In this document: piece by piece, positions 33,460-43,548 of the stretch
Numbering within the stretch: position 1 is the stretch's first letter
Layout: each line of letters opens with the position of its first letter
Assembly: GCA_963699755.1 (NCBI GenBank)
Contig: CAVOVB010000003.1
Coordinates: 288,001 to 352,000 of the forward strand
Reading direction: 5' to 3'
Source of the DNA: an uncultured delta proteobacterium
GTDB lineage: Bacteria > Myxococcota_A > Polyangia > Polyangiales > Houyiibacteriaceae
DNA: 64,000 bases
Translations under genes and position numbers: made by a program
The notes under the pieces: generated by a model
What the model was told of the DNA's origin: nothing
Databases searched by the model: none
Seen by the model: the letters and a program-made list of their open reading frames with translations, nothing else

Positions 33460-35193
33460 ATGCGGAAGCCGAAGGGATGTTCGATGCCGACGGTCGTGGC
33501 CGGGCTTGTCCTCGTCATGCTCGGGTCAGGGGCGCACCGTTCGGCAGAGGCGCAGCCCGTGGAGCATCCGCTCGAGCCTGCGGTGACCTCGAGCCCCCGC
33601 GAGACCCTCCGCACCTTTCTCGATGCCTCGGAGTCCATGTGGGCTTTGGTTCGCGACGAAGGTGAGGGACAGCGCACCAAAGAAGGGCTTCAGGAGGTCC
33701 TCGCGCTCGACGCGCGCCGCAAAGGAACGCTCGACCTCAGTGAGGTCGCGCCCGAGGCTCGCTCTGCAACCGGCGACGATGTGAGTGTCTACCTCTACGA
33801 GGTGCTGACGCGGATCGAGCTTCCGCCGCTCGAAGAGGTTCCGGGCAACGACGACGTGGAGAACCGTGCCGACTTCGAGAGCTGGACCGTGCCTCACACG
33901 GAGATCAGGATTCATCGCATTGCGAAGGGACCGCGCGCCGGCGAGTTTCTTTTTGATCCAGGAACGGCCGATCGCGCCCGGGAATTCTACGAGCGCACTC
34001 GTCATCTGCCCTACCGCCAGCCGCCCCCCATCGAGAACGTCGGCTCTTTTCGCGAGGTGTACGGTGGATGGAACATTCCGATCACATGGGTCGACGCCTT
34101 GCCTGAGCCGATGCGGACGGTTGCCTGGGGGCAAGCGATTTGGAAGTGGGTCACGCTTCTCGGATCGCTCCTTGCGGCGCTGCTTCTGGTCGCTGTAGTT
34201 TTTCGATTCACGCGCCGCCGCGGCCGTTCACCGTCAGGATGGCGCTACCTGACGAGACTCACGGTTCCGGTGCTGCTCTTCATGGTCGCGGCGTTCCTGT
34301 TTCCTTGGCTCGCCGAGGAAATATTGCTGAGCGGCGATGTTGCGAGGTGGGTGAAGCTCAGCACCACGGCGGTCGCCTACCTCTCGCTGGCCTGGGCGCT
34401 CTGGATCCTGATTCTCGCCGTCGGCGAAAGGGTCGTGAGTGCCCCACGGATCCAAACGGAGGGCCTAGACGCAAGCCTCATTCGCCTGACCGCTCGGCTG
34501 ATCGCGATCGCCGTCGTGGTGGTCCTGGTATTTCAAGGCGCCACGGCGGTCGGAATCCCGCTGATGGGACTGATCGCGAGCGTTAGCATCGGCGGCCTTG
34601 CGGTCGCGCTTGCAGCCCAAGACACCCTCAAGAGTGTCCTCGGTAGCCTGACGATCTTCATCGATCGGCCGTACAGGGTCGGCGAGCGCATCATTGCGGG
34701 CGGCTACGATGGCGTCGTCGAGCGGATCGGGCTCCGGTCTACTGGAATACGCCAGCTCGACGGGAATGTGACGTCCATACCCAACGAGAAGATGGCCGCG
34801 ATGGAAATCGAGAACGTCGATCGACGGCAGAGCATCCGCCGCAAGACCAGGCTCCGGATGGCCGTGGGTTCCTCCGAGGCGCAGGTTCGAGAGGCGCTCG
34901 CCATCGTCCGGGAAATCGTGGAGGGCCACGAGGGCATGTCCGCGGACCGGCCGCCCCGCGTGTATTTCGACGAGTTCAACCCCGACTCCTTGAGCATCGT
35001 CATCTTCTACTGGTACGAGCCGGCGGACTACTGGGCGTTCTGCGAGCTCGCCGAGCGCATCAACCTAGAGATTGTCCGCCGATTTGCAGAGGCGGGCATC
35101 GAGCTGGTGCCTCCCACGTCGACGACTCGGATCACAAACGAAGCGGGCGACCCGCTGGAGCTCAATGCCTCGAGCCCAAACGGCCAGAGCTAG
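33460..35193 (+). CDS. MscS-family mechanosensitive channel with periplasmic N-terminal domain
   Basis: SSPRETL, GGLAVALAAQD, DRPYRVGE, GVVERIGLRST, IPN. Confidence 0.9.
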   Translation: MRKPKGCSMPTVVAGLVLVMLGSGAHRSAEAQPVEHPLEPAVTSSPRETLRTFLDASESMWALVRDEGEGQRTKEGLQEVLALDARRKGTLDLSEVAPEARSATGDDVSVYLYEVLTRIELPPLEEVPGNDDVENRADFESWTVPHTEIRIHRIAKGPRAGEFLFDPGTADRAREFYERTRHLPYRQPPPIENVGSFREVYGGWNIPITWVDALPEPMRTVAWGQAIWKWVTLLGSLLAALLLVAVVFRFTRRRGRSPSGWRYLTRLTVPVLLFMVAAFLFPWLAEEILLSGDVARWVKLSTTAVAYLSLAWALWILILAVGERVVSAPRIQTEGLDASLIRLTARLIAIAVVVVLVFQGATAVGIPLMGLIASVSIGGLAVALAAQDTLKSVLGSLTIFIDRPYRVGERIIAGGYDGVVERIGLRSTGIRQLDGNVTSIPNEKMAAMEIENVDRRQSIRRKTRLRMAVGSSEAQVREALAIVREIVEGHEGMSADRPPRVYFDEFNPDSLSIVIFYWYEPADYWAFCELAERINLEIVRRFAEAGIELVPPTSTTRITNEAGDPLELNASSPNGQS

Positions 35194-36212
35194 TAGAACG
35201 TCGCGACCCGCTGGATCATCCAGTAGGAGCCGAGAATGCCAACCGCGTAGGCCGCCGGCGTCTCAAATCGGCGGAGCGCCTCGATCGATAGGTCGTAGTT
35301 GGCAAGTGCCCGGGCGGCGAGGCGCGCGAGCTGGTACACCATGAGGACGGCGAGCACGAAGAGGATCTGTCCGAGCTCCACGCCGAGGTTGAAAAAGAGT
35401 AAGGCAGCCGGGATTTCGGTCTGGGGAAGACCTGTTTCGCCTAGGACCGCGGCAAAGCCGAAGCCGTGAAGCAGGCCAAATGAGGCGGCGACTGCAATCG
35501 GGTAGCGGTAGGTTAGGCTATTCTTGTCGCCCCGCACGATTTCGACCGCGAGGAAGACGATGCTCAGCGCGATGGCCGCCTCGACGGGGGGAATGGGAAC
35601 GCGGACCAGGCCGAGGGCGCTGAGCGCGAGCGTGATCGAATGCGCGATCGTGAAGCCAGTGATCGTGATCAAGATCCGGCGGCCGGTGCCAGCGATGAGC
35701 ATCAAGCACACCAGAAACAAGAGATGGTCGTAGCCTTCGAGAATGTGCTTCACGCCCAGCGTGAGGTAGTCGCGCGCCACCGCGCCAAAGCTCTCGACCT
35801 CAGGGATGATGAGCTCGGTTTCCTCCGGGGAAGCCAAGAGCGAGTGCGTTTGGCCCGACCGTCGAGAAACGCGAAGCAGCGCGGAGACTGAAGGGTTGAA
35901 TGCCGGGTAGCGGATTTGCAGAGCGGTGCCCGCTGGATCGACGTTGCATCGATAGGTTCGTCGACGAACGCTTCCGCGATTCGCGGCTACGGCTGCTTCG
36001 CCGGTTGCCGCGACACATCCTTCAGCCATCCGAATCTCCGGCGCGTTGCGCACGTCGACCGAAGGCGGGATCTTCCATCGGACCGAGAACAGCAGCGGCG
36101 CCTTTTCGGTGACCTCGATGTAGAGCGGGCGGCTTTCGTGTGCATGCGCCGCGCTAGTGACTGTGGCGGTCGCAGCGAGCGCCAGTGTCAACAAGGTCGC
36201 CGCGCGGGTCAT
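35190..36212 (-). CDS. HupE/UreJ family membrane protein
   Basis: AHE mature N-terminus, HILEGYDHLLF, FTIAHSITL, GLLHGFGFA, FNLGVELGQ. Confidence 0.9.
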   Translation of the reverse strand: MTRAATLLTLALAATATVTSAAHAHESRPLYIEVTEKAPLLFSVRWKIPPSVDVRNAPEIRMAEGCVAATGEAAVAANRGSVRRRTYRCNVDPAGTALQIRYPAFNPSVSALLRVSRRSGQTHSLLASPEETELIIPEVESFGAVARDYLTLGVKHILEGYDHLLFLVCLMLIAGTGRRILITITGFTIAHSITLALSALGLVRVPIPPVEAAIALSIVFLAVEIVRGDKNSLTYRYPIAVAASFGLLHGFGFAAVLGETGLPQTEIPAALLFFNLGVELGQILFVLAVLMVYQLARLAARALANYDLSIEALRRFETPAAYAVGILGSYWMIQRVATFY

Positions 36213-37126
36213 CGGCCGCCGGTTCCTTCTTGGATCCGCGGCGAGGGATCGCGTTCGTAGACGACTCGGACATCGTAGGCCTCGACGACGTCGGCGATGG
36301 CCGCTTCGGTTTCTTCTCGAACCCGCGCCCTGCGTGCATCCTCGCGGACGCGCGCTTCGAGCTCAGCGAGCTCCGGCTCGCGTCCTGGCTCGTTTGTCGT
36401 CAGGAGGACGAGGTGCAGGCCGTAGGCTGAGTCGAATGGGCCCCGCCAAACGAACTCATTGGGCTCGAGCGCGAAAAGCGCCCTGGTCATCGGCGGGCCG
36501 AAGTGGCTGCCGACGTAGTCCGATGTCCGCTCGACGTAGTTCACATGATAGAGAAAGCGGTCTCCGTGTTGCGGCGCGTCGGAAAAGGGGACGCTGTTCC
36601 GGTTCAGCCTCTGAAGCTCTTTTTCGGCCAACGCCCGGGCCTGCTCCCGCGGCCGATCTTCGGTCTGGAAAAAGACATGCGTGAAGGTGACGTAGGGCTC
36701 CACGTAGTAGTCGGCCTTGTTGGCGTCGAAGTAGCGCAGCAGGGCGGCTTCACCGACGTCGGCCCCGGCCTCGGCGAAGCCCTCGGTGATGAACTCGAGC
36801 TTTTGCACCAGTCGGCGGCGGATGATGTAGTCGTCGTCGTCGAGGCCGAGCGCAATCGCCTCCCGATGGAGAACTTCTTCTCGAACGTAGTCGTCGATTA
36901 GGCGCTGAAGCTCTTCGTCCGACAGGGCGTTGAGCTTCTTCCGGGCGAGGTCCGGATTGAAGGCCTTGGTTCGATACTGAATGAACGTGAGGAGCGCCTC
37001 CTGGTCCACCGTGATCACGTTCGGGTCGAAATCCTGGTCGCCGCGATTCACGAGACCGAACAAGACGAACAGCCCGAGACCCGCTGCGAGGAAATGCAAA
37101 AGCGGCTCTCTTAGAAACTTGTTCAA
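36209..37126 (-). CDS. Parvulin-like peptidyl-prolyl isomerase (Rotamase_2 type)
   Basis: REPLLHF, REEVLHREA..LGLD..D.IIRRRL.QK, SAYGLHLV; TTG start. Confidence 0.85.
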   Translation of the reverse strand: MNKFLREPLLHFLAAGLGLFVLFGLVNRGDQDFDPNVITVDQEALLTFIQYRTKAFNPDLARKKLNALSDEELQRLIDDYVREEVLHREAIALGLDDDDYIIRRRLVQKLEFITEGFAEAGADVGEAALLRYFDANKADYYVEPYVTFTHVFFQTEDRPREQARALAEKELQRLNRNSVPFSDAPQHGDRFLYHVNYVERTSDYVGSHFGPPMTRALFALEPNEFVWRGPFDSAYGLHLVLLTTNEPGREPELAELEARVREDARRARVREETEAAIADVVEAYDVRVVYERDPSPRIQEGTGGR

Positions 37127-37165
37127 AACGGGTTAGCCCTTTGGAAAAGGGGCCTGTCCCCTCTT

Positions 37166-39040
37166 CTACGGGGTATACCAAATGGGCGAGGAGTACGCTC
37201 GCTCTTGGATGGTCGAGGGGTGGCCCGTTTCAGCGGGGTCCATGTTGAGTGCGATGGCGTCGTAGAGGGTGTGGCGCGGCGTCGGGATCTGGAGGACGCG
37301 AAGATAGTAGAAGGCTCGGGCGTCGGGATCGAAGTCGGGGTCTTGCCACACGACCGAAAGCTGCGCGTCACCGATCGAGTTGCGGTACGCGCCGGTTTCG
37401 AGGTCGACCGTGTTGCCGACCGGCCGCAGCGAGCCGTCGCTGCCGATGACCCGTCCGTCCGACCAGACGATGTCGTAGACCATCTCCTGAGGCTCATCGT
37501 TTTCGTCAAGCCAGCCCTTGACCATTTGAACGCGGTCCAGGTTGGCGCCGACTGGGTCTTTGATCGCGTAGACCAAGAAGCGCGGTGCTTTACCTTCGGG
37601 GGCCTGGGTCAGGTCGCCGCCCATCGGGACACCGTTCGCATAGCCAATTTGGGCGAGGTCCTTTTTGCCCGCGTCTTTGTCGTCGAAGCCCCATCCGCCG
37701 AAGAGTCGAACACGAATGCGCGGACCGGTAGTCGCGTACACCTCCTTGCGCCGAAAGGCCGCGAAAAGCGCAGCCCGCTCGTTGGCTTCGGCCCAGACAC
37801 CGGCGATCCCCGCGGCCGACATGTCGGCCCCGAATCCCTCGATGCCCAGAAACGCCGCAAAGGTGTTCGCCGGAGTCGAGTCGAAGGCAGTCTTGCCGTG
37901 AAAGTTATCCTCTTCAGATGAAGACATGCCCGTATGCGCGTCGGTCGAACCGATCATGCCGAACTTGTATGGGTTGACTCCGACCTTGGCTTCGACCTGC
38001 AGGCCGCGAAGCAAGCCTGAGCGCGCGAAATCGCCGGCCTCGACGCTGGCCTTGACGCCTTCGCCCAGGGTCTCCGCGTCGATCGCATGGCTGAATGGCT
38101 CGAAGGCGGCGAACTCGTCGTTCGGGGAGAGAATGGGATCGGTCTCGGAGTCGCCCTTGATCTGTGTGACCTCGACGACCTGCTCCCATTTCATCCGCGT
38201 GCGCGCATACTCAGCGGTGATCGGGCGGCCCTCGCTGTCGACGTCGTTGAACATCAGGCCACCGCTGATGTTGGCGTTGTGTGGAATGGCCGTGAACGAC
38301 GCGCCCGTGCGCGCAGAGGTTTCCTCGAGCCAGTCCCAAAGGTCTTCGGGCTTGTCGCTGTCGAAGGAGCTGTACGGGATGAACTTCGATGCTACCTCGC
38401 CGCCCTCAGGCATGAAGACGACACGGTGGAGGTTCTTGCCGCCCGGCGTCGAGGTCCACTCCCAGCCGATGAACGAGGTGAATCTGCCTGGGTCATTGTG
38501 ACGCTCTGTGATTTTGACCATCTCACTCCAGACCGCGCGACGGGTCTCTTCGCCATTGAGGTCGTCGTAGGGCTTGCCGGCGTTGATGGCGCCCACGAAC
38601 TCGAGGAACACGTCCTGGCCTTTCCCAGCCTCCATCATCTTGATGAAGCGCTTTCCGCTCGCGGTCTTGGTGAGCAACGGGTCGCCCTGGAACAGTCGCA
38701 ACGGCACCCCCATCATCTCCGCGTGATCGGCCACCACCAGGAAGTCGAGCGGCGTCCCGATTTGGATCTTCCCGCGGTGATAGGGATGGATGACCGGCAG
38801 GCCTTTGGCGTAGCGGTACGCGGTGTCCGGATCCGCTGTGGTGTTTCCGAAGAAGTACGCGTCCGGCGAGTAGCTCGTGTGCAGGTGCGTATCGCCCCAG
38901 AGAACTTGTGATGGCTCGGCCCTGATCGCTGTCGATGTGGCGTAAGGAGGGGGCCCCCCGCTCGATCCGCAGGCTGAAAGCAAAATCGCTGGAGCTGAGC
39001 AGAGGCAGAGAGTGAACAACTCGACCAGGGGCAGCTTCAT
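37166..39040 (-). CDS. DUF3604-type PHP-like metal-dependent hydrolase lipoprotein
   Basis: Lipobox LSAC; WGDTHLHT, DHAE, NLHR, IPHN, GSTDAH, QERAYSSPIWY. Confidence 0.88.
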   Translation of the reverse strand: MKLPLVELFTLCLCSAPAILLSACGSSGGPPPYATSTAIRAEPSQVLWGDTHLHTSYSPDAYFFGNTTADPDTAYRYAKGLPVIHPYHRGKIQIGTPLDFLVVADHAEMMGVPLRLFQGDPLLTKTASGKRFIKMMEAGKGQDVFLEFVGAINAGKPYDDLNGEETRRAVWSEMVKITERHNDPGRFTSFIGWEWTSTPGGKNLHRVVFMPEGGEVASKFIPYSSFDSDKPEDLWDWLEETSARTGASFTAIPHNANISGGLMFNDVDSEGRPITAEYARTRMKWEQVVEVTQIKGDSETDPILSPNDEFAAFEPFSHAIDAETLGEGVKASVEAGDFARSGLLRGLQVEAKVGVNPYKFGMIGSTDAHTGMSSSEEDNFHGKTAFDSTPANTFAAFLGIEGFGADMSAAGIAGVWAEANERAALFAAFRRKEVYATTGPRIRVRLFGGWGFDDKDAGKKDLAQIGYANGVPMGGDLTQAPEGKAPRFLVYAIKDPVGANLDRVQMVKGWLDENDEPQEMVYDIVWSDGRVIGSDGSLRPVGNTVDLETGAYRNSIGDAQLSVVWQDPDFDPDARAFYYLRVLQIPTPRHTLYDAIALNMDPAETGHPSTIQERAYSSPIWYTP

Positions 39041-39202
39041 TTGTCTCTTCCTTGGGGTTCTTGGTCCGACTAGCACGGTGATCGCTCGAGGTTTTAGAAG
39101 CGGGCCGAACGCAGGTCAATCGACGATGTCGGCTCGTCCCAAGGTGACCCTTTTTCTCATTTGCTGCCGACAACATCGGCGCTTTCGGATACATTGCGCG
39201 TC

Positions 39203-40999
39203 ATGCATCGAGGGGTTTTCACTACGATCTGTCTGCTGCTGATACTCGCCGCGTTTTCTGCGCCCCTGTTGTGTCCGAGCTCCGGCGAGGCACAGGCGGA
39301 CAGCACCCACTACCAAACCCTGCAGCTCGGCGAACGCTCGCGCGGCATGGCTGCCGCCTTCACGGCGTTTGCCGCCGACGGAGCCGCGATCTGGTTCAAC
39401 CCTGCCGGCCTTCCGCTCCTCGAGCCCAAGCTCTTGCAGGGCAGCCTGTCTTTGATTCAGCGCCGAACGCTCACGTACTCGGGTGCGCTCGTCTCGGACG
39501 GCCCCGACGGCCCCGGGGGCGAAGACCAAGTTGAGGATTTCAACCTCAAATCGAACCCGAGCCTTCCAGGATTCGCCGTCGCAAGCTTTGCCCTGGGGAA
39601 ACCGAAGAAAGAGCTCGACGATCGGAAGCCTGTGCAAATCGCGATTTCAGCGTTTGTTCTCTACAATGTTTCCTTCGGCGGTGACGTCAACTTTCAAGAC
39701 GAGTTCTTGCGCACGAGCAGCCTTCAGTTCTACCAAGACGATCGCGCCAGCTACTTCGCGGCGGCCGTCGGTCATCGGCCCACGCGACATTTCTCCTGGG
39801 GCATCACGCTGCTCGCCCGGAACCGCGTGATCCAGCACGTGGAGACCATCTCGCTGACAACTGGAGGCACCCAAGATCCCAGCAAAGGGAGCCCCTGCCC
39901 GACGAGCCCTACGATCCCGTTCTGCGTGTTCGATGCGACGCAAATCAGCCGCAACACGGTGTTCAGGATGAACTCCTGGGACCTGACCCTCCGGCTCGGG
40001 CTTTTGAACCTGATCGGAAAGCGATGGCGCATCGGTGTCATGTTTCAACCTCCCGGCCTGAACGTAGGGGGCAAGTCCAACCTGAGGTTCGAGCTGACCG
40101 ACGTGGTGTCGAGCAACTCTCCGATCAACCCGGGTCTCTCCGACTCGGTTTTTGCCAACATTCAGCGCGGCGCTCGCTCGCCGATTCCCTGGGAGCTGCG
40201 GTTGGGCCTATCGTATGTGATTTCCAGCAAGGTGGCCGTCGCGGCGGACGTCCAGTTCGTCGGTCGGGTCGCCGATGGTACGATCGCGCCGGGAATCCCG
40301 CAGCTCGAGGGTCGAGCCAACACCTCGGGCGCCCTGCTGGCAGACTCGACCAAGCGAGACTTCACCTGGAATGTCTCGCTGGGCTCGGAGATTCAGATCA
40401 CCAAGTTCTTGTTCACCCGATTCGGCTTCCTCACCGATAACAGCAGCGCACCCGACGCCTCGGGCGCTGGGAGCTTCATTCGTCCCGCCCAGATCGATCG
40501 TTACGGCTTCAGCGCCTCGGTCGGTGGCGCGAAGAACGGCAAAGGGCTCTCGGCGGGTGTGTCGGTGCTCTTTGGCAAAGGAACGGGCAATGGCCTCGAC
40601 TTCCGCGGTGAGGCCTTCCTGAACGACACCAATTTCCTCCGCGTCCCGGTCAAGGAGCGCATCCTCATCATCTCCGTCGGGGGCGACATCGGTCAGGCCG
40701 CGGACGTGGTCAAAACCAAGTTCAAGGAAAAGAAGACCCAGCAAGAGATCGAGGCACAGAACGAGGCAGAGCGAGAGGCCCGACTCGCGGCGATGGAAGC
40801 CGAGACGGACCCGGAGATCAAGGCCGCCCAAGAACGGGCGATCGAAGCGCGAAAAGAGCGCGATGAAGCAGAGCAACGCGCCAAAGAAGCCGACGCCGAG
40901 GTCGAAAGGCTGAAGGCGACGAAACCGGGGAACCTGGACGAGGAGGACCAGGGCGCCCTCCAGGACGCGACGCAGTTGGGCGTCGGCGCAATTCGATAG
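39203..40999 (+). CDS. FadL/OmpP1-like outer-membrane protein with C-terminal coiled coil
   Basis: Signal peptide; LGERSRGMAAAFTA..DGAAIWFNPAGL hatch motif; E/K/A/R-rich C-terminal ~100 aa. Confidence 0.7.
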   Translation: MHRGVFTTICLLLILAAFSAPLLCPSSGEAQADSTHYQTLQLGERSRGMAAAFTAFAADGAAIWFNPAGLPLLEPKLLQGSLSLIQRRTLTYSGALVSDGPDGPGGEDQVEDFNLKSNPSLPGFAVASFALGKPKKELDDRKPVQIAISAFVLYNVSFGGDVNFQDEFLRTSSLQFYQDDRASYFAAAVGHRPTRHFSWGITLLARNRVIQHVETISLTTGGTQDPSKGSPCPTSPTIPFCVFDATQISRNTVFRMNSWDLTLRLGLLNLIGKRWRIGVMFQPPGLNVGGKSNLRFELTDVVSSNSPINPGLSDSVFANIQRGARSPIPWELRLGLSYVISSKVAVAADVQFVGRVADGTIAPGIPQLEGRANTSGALLADSTKRDFTWNVSLGSEIQITKFLFTRFGFLTDNSSAPDASGAGSFIRPAQIDRYGFSASVGGAKNGKGLSAGVSVLFGKGTGNGLDFRGEAFLNDTNFLRVPVKERILIISVGGDIGQAADVVKTKFKEKKTQQEIEAQNEAEREARLAAMEAETDPEIKAAQERAIEARKERDEAEQRAKEADAEVERLKATKPGNLDEEDQGALQDATQLGVGAIR

Positions 41000-41049
41000 T
41001 GAGCCGAGTCGCGGCCACTTCGAGGCTGGGGTGCACGGCGGTGAGAGCC

Positions 41050-42540
41050 ATGCAACCCACCAAACCCACACTGTTCTTGCTCACCGTGGTGGGCAGTGTC
41101 TGGCTTTCCGCAAGCACTGAGGGCCAGCTCGGCCCCGACGGTAGCCCGATCAACACTTCGAACTACTCGGTCGACCTTACGCGAGGCGTGGTGATCAGCA
41201 CATCGCGCGTGGTCGGGCTCTCAGGCGCAGCCACATCCTTGGCCCAAGGCGTCGAGGGCGGCCTGCAGAACCCGGCTGCGGTCGCTTACCGGGGGCCCCA
41301 ATGGCCGGATTGGTACGACTACTGGCTGGCGTTCGGCTTGACCTATCCATTCCAGTCCGGTGACTTCTACAACAGCGGGCAAGTCGCGGGAGACAGCAAT
41401 GCCGTCTCGGAAAGCACCTTCTTCCTGATTCCAGGCGCGTATTTCCAGATGTGGAATCTCGGCATCGGCCTCACGATCGATTCCCAGTTCGTCAAAGTCG
41501 AGGGCGTGATCAACCCGGTGACCGGGGATTCAGAGACCCTGCGGCTGCGCTTCACGACGTTTCACATCCAGGCGGGATACGGATTTTTCGATGGGCAGCT
41601 CATCATCGGCGCAGGTTTGCGTATCCTGCGACAGCGCGCGTTCCAGTCGAACCGCGCGGTGAGCGACGGCGATCTGTATCAGAGCCTGGGGCTCGGTGCC
41701 GAGGTTGGCGTGATGTTCAGGCCGCACAACAAGCGCTGGAGCCTCGGCGCATCGCTCTTCCCGCGGATTTCCACAGGTGTCCAGACAAGGGCAAACGTCC
41801 CGCCGAATCCGGACGGGGACATCCTCGTCGGTGACTTCTACATCCCTCGGTCCACGAAGCTCCCAACGACGGGTAGCCTTGGCTTTTCGTATCAGTTCGG
41901 GCTCCGACCGACGAATCCACCCTGGGTGAGCGCAGAAGCGCTCGCGGCCGACGAGCTCGACCGCCTCAAGCGGCGGAAGCAGGCAGCCCAGGAACGCGAA
42001 CAACAAGAGATCCGGGCCGTGCGAGCGCGCGGTGGGCCCGACGTCGAGCTCTGCGTTCAAGCGGTCGAGCAGAAGTATGCGAGGAAGTACGCCAAGATCA
42101 AACAGTCGCGAAAAGAGGTGAAGAAGCTGGCCTGGGACATGCTCCGCAAGCAATACCGCTGGGGCTGGCCCCGCCGCTACTATCTGCTCACCGCCGACCT
42201 CTGGCTCAACGGACGAGTGGACAACGGCGTTGGGGTCGAATCGTTTGTTTTTCAGACGGTCCAACGGTCTGGGGAGAAGATCACGGTCTCGCCGCGGATC
42301 GGTTTCGAAACCGAGGTTGCGCCCACGCGAATGAAGATCCGCGCCGGTGCGTACATGGAGCCCAGCCGCTTTGCCGAGTCGACCCCGCGTGTCCACGGGA
42401 CGCTGGGCTGCGACATCAGCCTTTTCAAATGGAGCGTGTTTGGGCTCTGGCCCGAGGACTACCGCTGGCAGATCAGCGCTGCCTTCGACATCGCGAGGAA
42501 GTACCGGTCGTTTTCCCTTGGCATCGGCGGCTGGTATTGA
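41050..42540 (+). CDS. FadL-like outer-membrane beta-barrel with internal coiled-coil insertion
   Basis: RVVGLSGAATSLA..NPAA hatch-like motif; C-terminal FSLGIGGWY beta-signal; charged helical insert. Confidence 0.65.
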   Translation: MQPTKPTLFLLTVVGSVWLSASTEGQLGPDGSPINTSNYSVDLTRGVVISTSRVVGLSGAATSLAQGVEGGLQNPAAVAYRGPQWPDWYDYWLAFGLTYPFQSGDFYNSGQVAGDSNAVSESTFFLIPGAYFQMWNLGIGLTIDSQFVKVEGVINPVTGDSETLRLRFTTFHIQAGYGFFDGQLIIGAGLRILRQRAFQSNRAVSDGDLYQSLGLGAEVGVMFRPHNKRWSLGASLFPRISTGVQTRANVPPNPDGDILVGDFYIPRSTKLPTTGSLGFSYQFGLRPTNPPWVSAEALAADELDRLKRRKQAAQEREQQEIRAVRARGGPDVELCVQAVEQKYARKYAKIKQSRKEVKKLAWDMLRKQYRWGWPRRYYLLTADLWLNGRVDNGVGVESFVFQTVQRSGEKITVSPRIGFETEVAPTRMKIRAGAYMEPSRFAESTPRVHGTLGCDISLFKWSVFGLWPEDYRWQISAAFDIARKYRSFSLGIGGWY

Positions 42541-42619
42541 GCCACCTTGCCAATCCATGCTTGCCCCAGGGTCGATTCCTCTCTAGAAGACAGCGGACCA
42601 TAGGGGACTTCGCCGACAC

Positions 42620-43543
42620 ATGAAGAACATCATCTTGGGCGCCTGCCTTCTCGCCGCGCTTGCCATCGTGGGCTGCAAGAAGAGCAAGACCACGCCGCCT
42701 CCGCCTGAAATCTCGGTCAGGCTAGTCGATCCCGGGCAAGCGCCGCTCGAGCCGTTGCGCTATGCGATTCCGCCTGGCACTGTCGTCGACAGCTTGCTCG
42801 ACATCCGCGATGTCGAGGCTGCAGCCGAAGAAACCGAGGATTCCGAGGACGCCTTCGGTGTCCTTCCCGGCTTCACGCTGCTGCTGCACGCGGGTCCCGC
42901 CGTCGTCATTCCGAACGGGTTCCGATACATCTTGCGCATCAGCAGCGCGAAGCCTGTCATTCCAGAAGGCGTCACCGACCTCCAAACCCAAGAGGTCGAG
43001 CAGGGCGTCGAAGCGCTCGGCGGCATGCGCGGCCGCTTCGATATCAACGCGCAAGGCATCGTCGTCGATGCTGACGTTCCCTGGGCTCAAGGCCAGCAAC
43101 GAATCCATCCGCGCGTGGCGATCACCATCGGAAACGTGCGCTCGGCAATCGCCACCATCCCATTGCCCTTGGAGCCCGTAGGCATTGGCGCCGTCTGGGA
43201 AGTCCGGAGGCCCCTTCGGATTTGGAGCGCGCGGGTGAATCAGGTGACGCGGTACGAGCTGACCGATCGGGTCGGCGATCGATTCAGGGTGAAGGTTACG
43301 GCGCAGCAGACAGCCGCTCCTCAGGTTGCCGACCTCAACCCCGAGCTCGAGATGCACGTTCGCAGCTATGAGATGCATGCGCGGGGCTTCGCACTTGCCG
43401 ACCTCGGCCTGCCGCTGGCGCTCGAGGCGTCGCTCGAGACGAGCTCGGCAGCCGACATTGCGCTGGTGTCCCCCCAAAAAACCGAGCCTTTGCTGTCCGC
43501 GCGACGCGCTGTCCTCAGACTGGTTTCGAAGAAGGAAAGGTAG
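42620..43543 (+). CDS. Lipoprotein, DUF6263-like (paralog 1)
   Basis: Lipobox IVGC; LVDPGQAPLEPLRY, PLPLEPVGIGAVW. Confidence 0.7.
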   Translation: MKNIILGACLLAALAIVGCKKSKTTPPPPEISVRLVDPGQAPLEPLRYAIPPGTVVDSLLDIRDVEAAAEETEDSEDAFGVLPGFTLLLHAGPAVVIPNGFRYILRISSAKPVIPEGVTDLQTQEVEQGVEALGGMRGRFDINAQGIVVDADVPWAQGQQRIHPRVAITIGNVRSAIATIPLPLEPVGIGAVWEVRRPLRIWSARVNQVTRYELTDRVGDRFRVKVTAQQTAAPQVADLNPELEMHVRSYEMHARGFALADLGLPLALEASLETSSAADIALVSPQKTEPLLSARRAVLRLVSKKER

Positions 43544-43548
43544 ATTTC

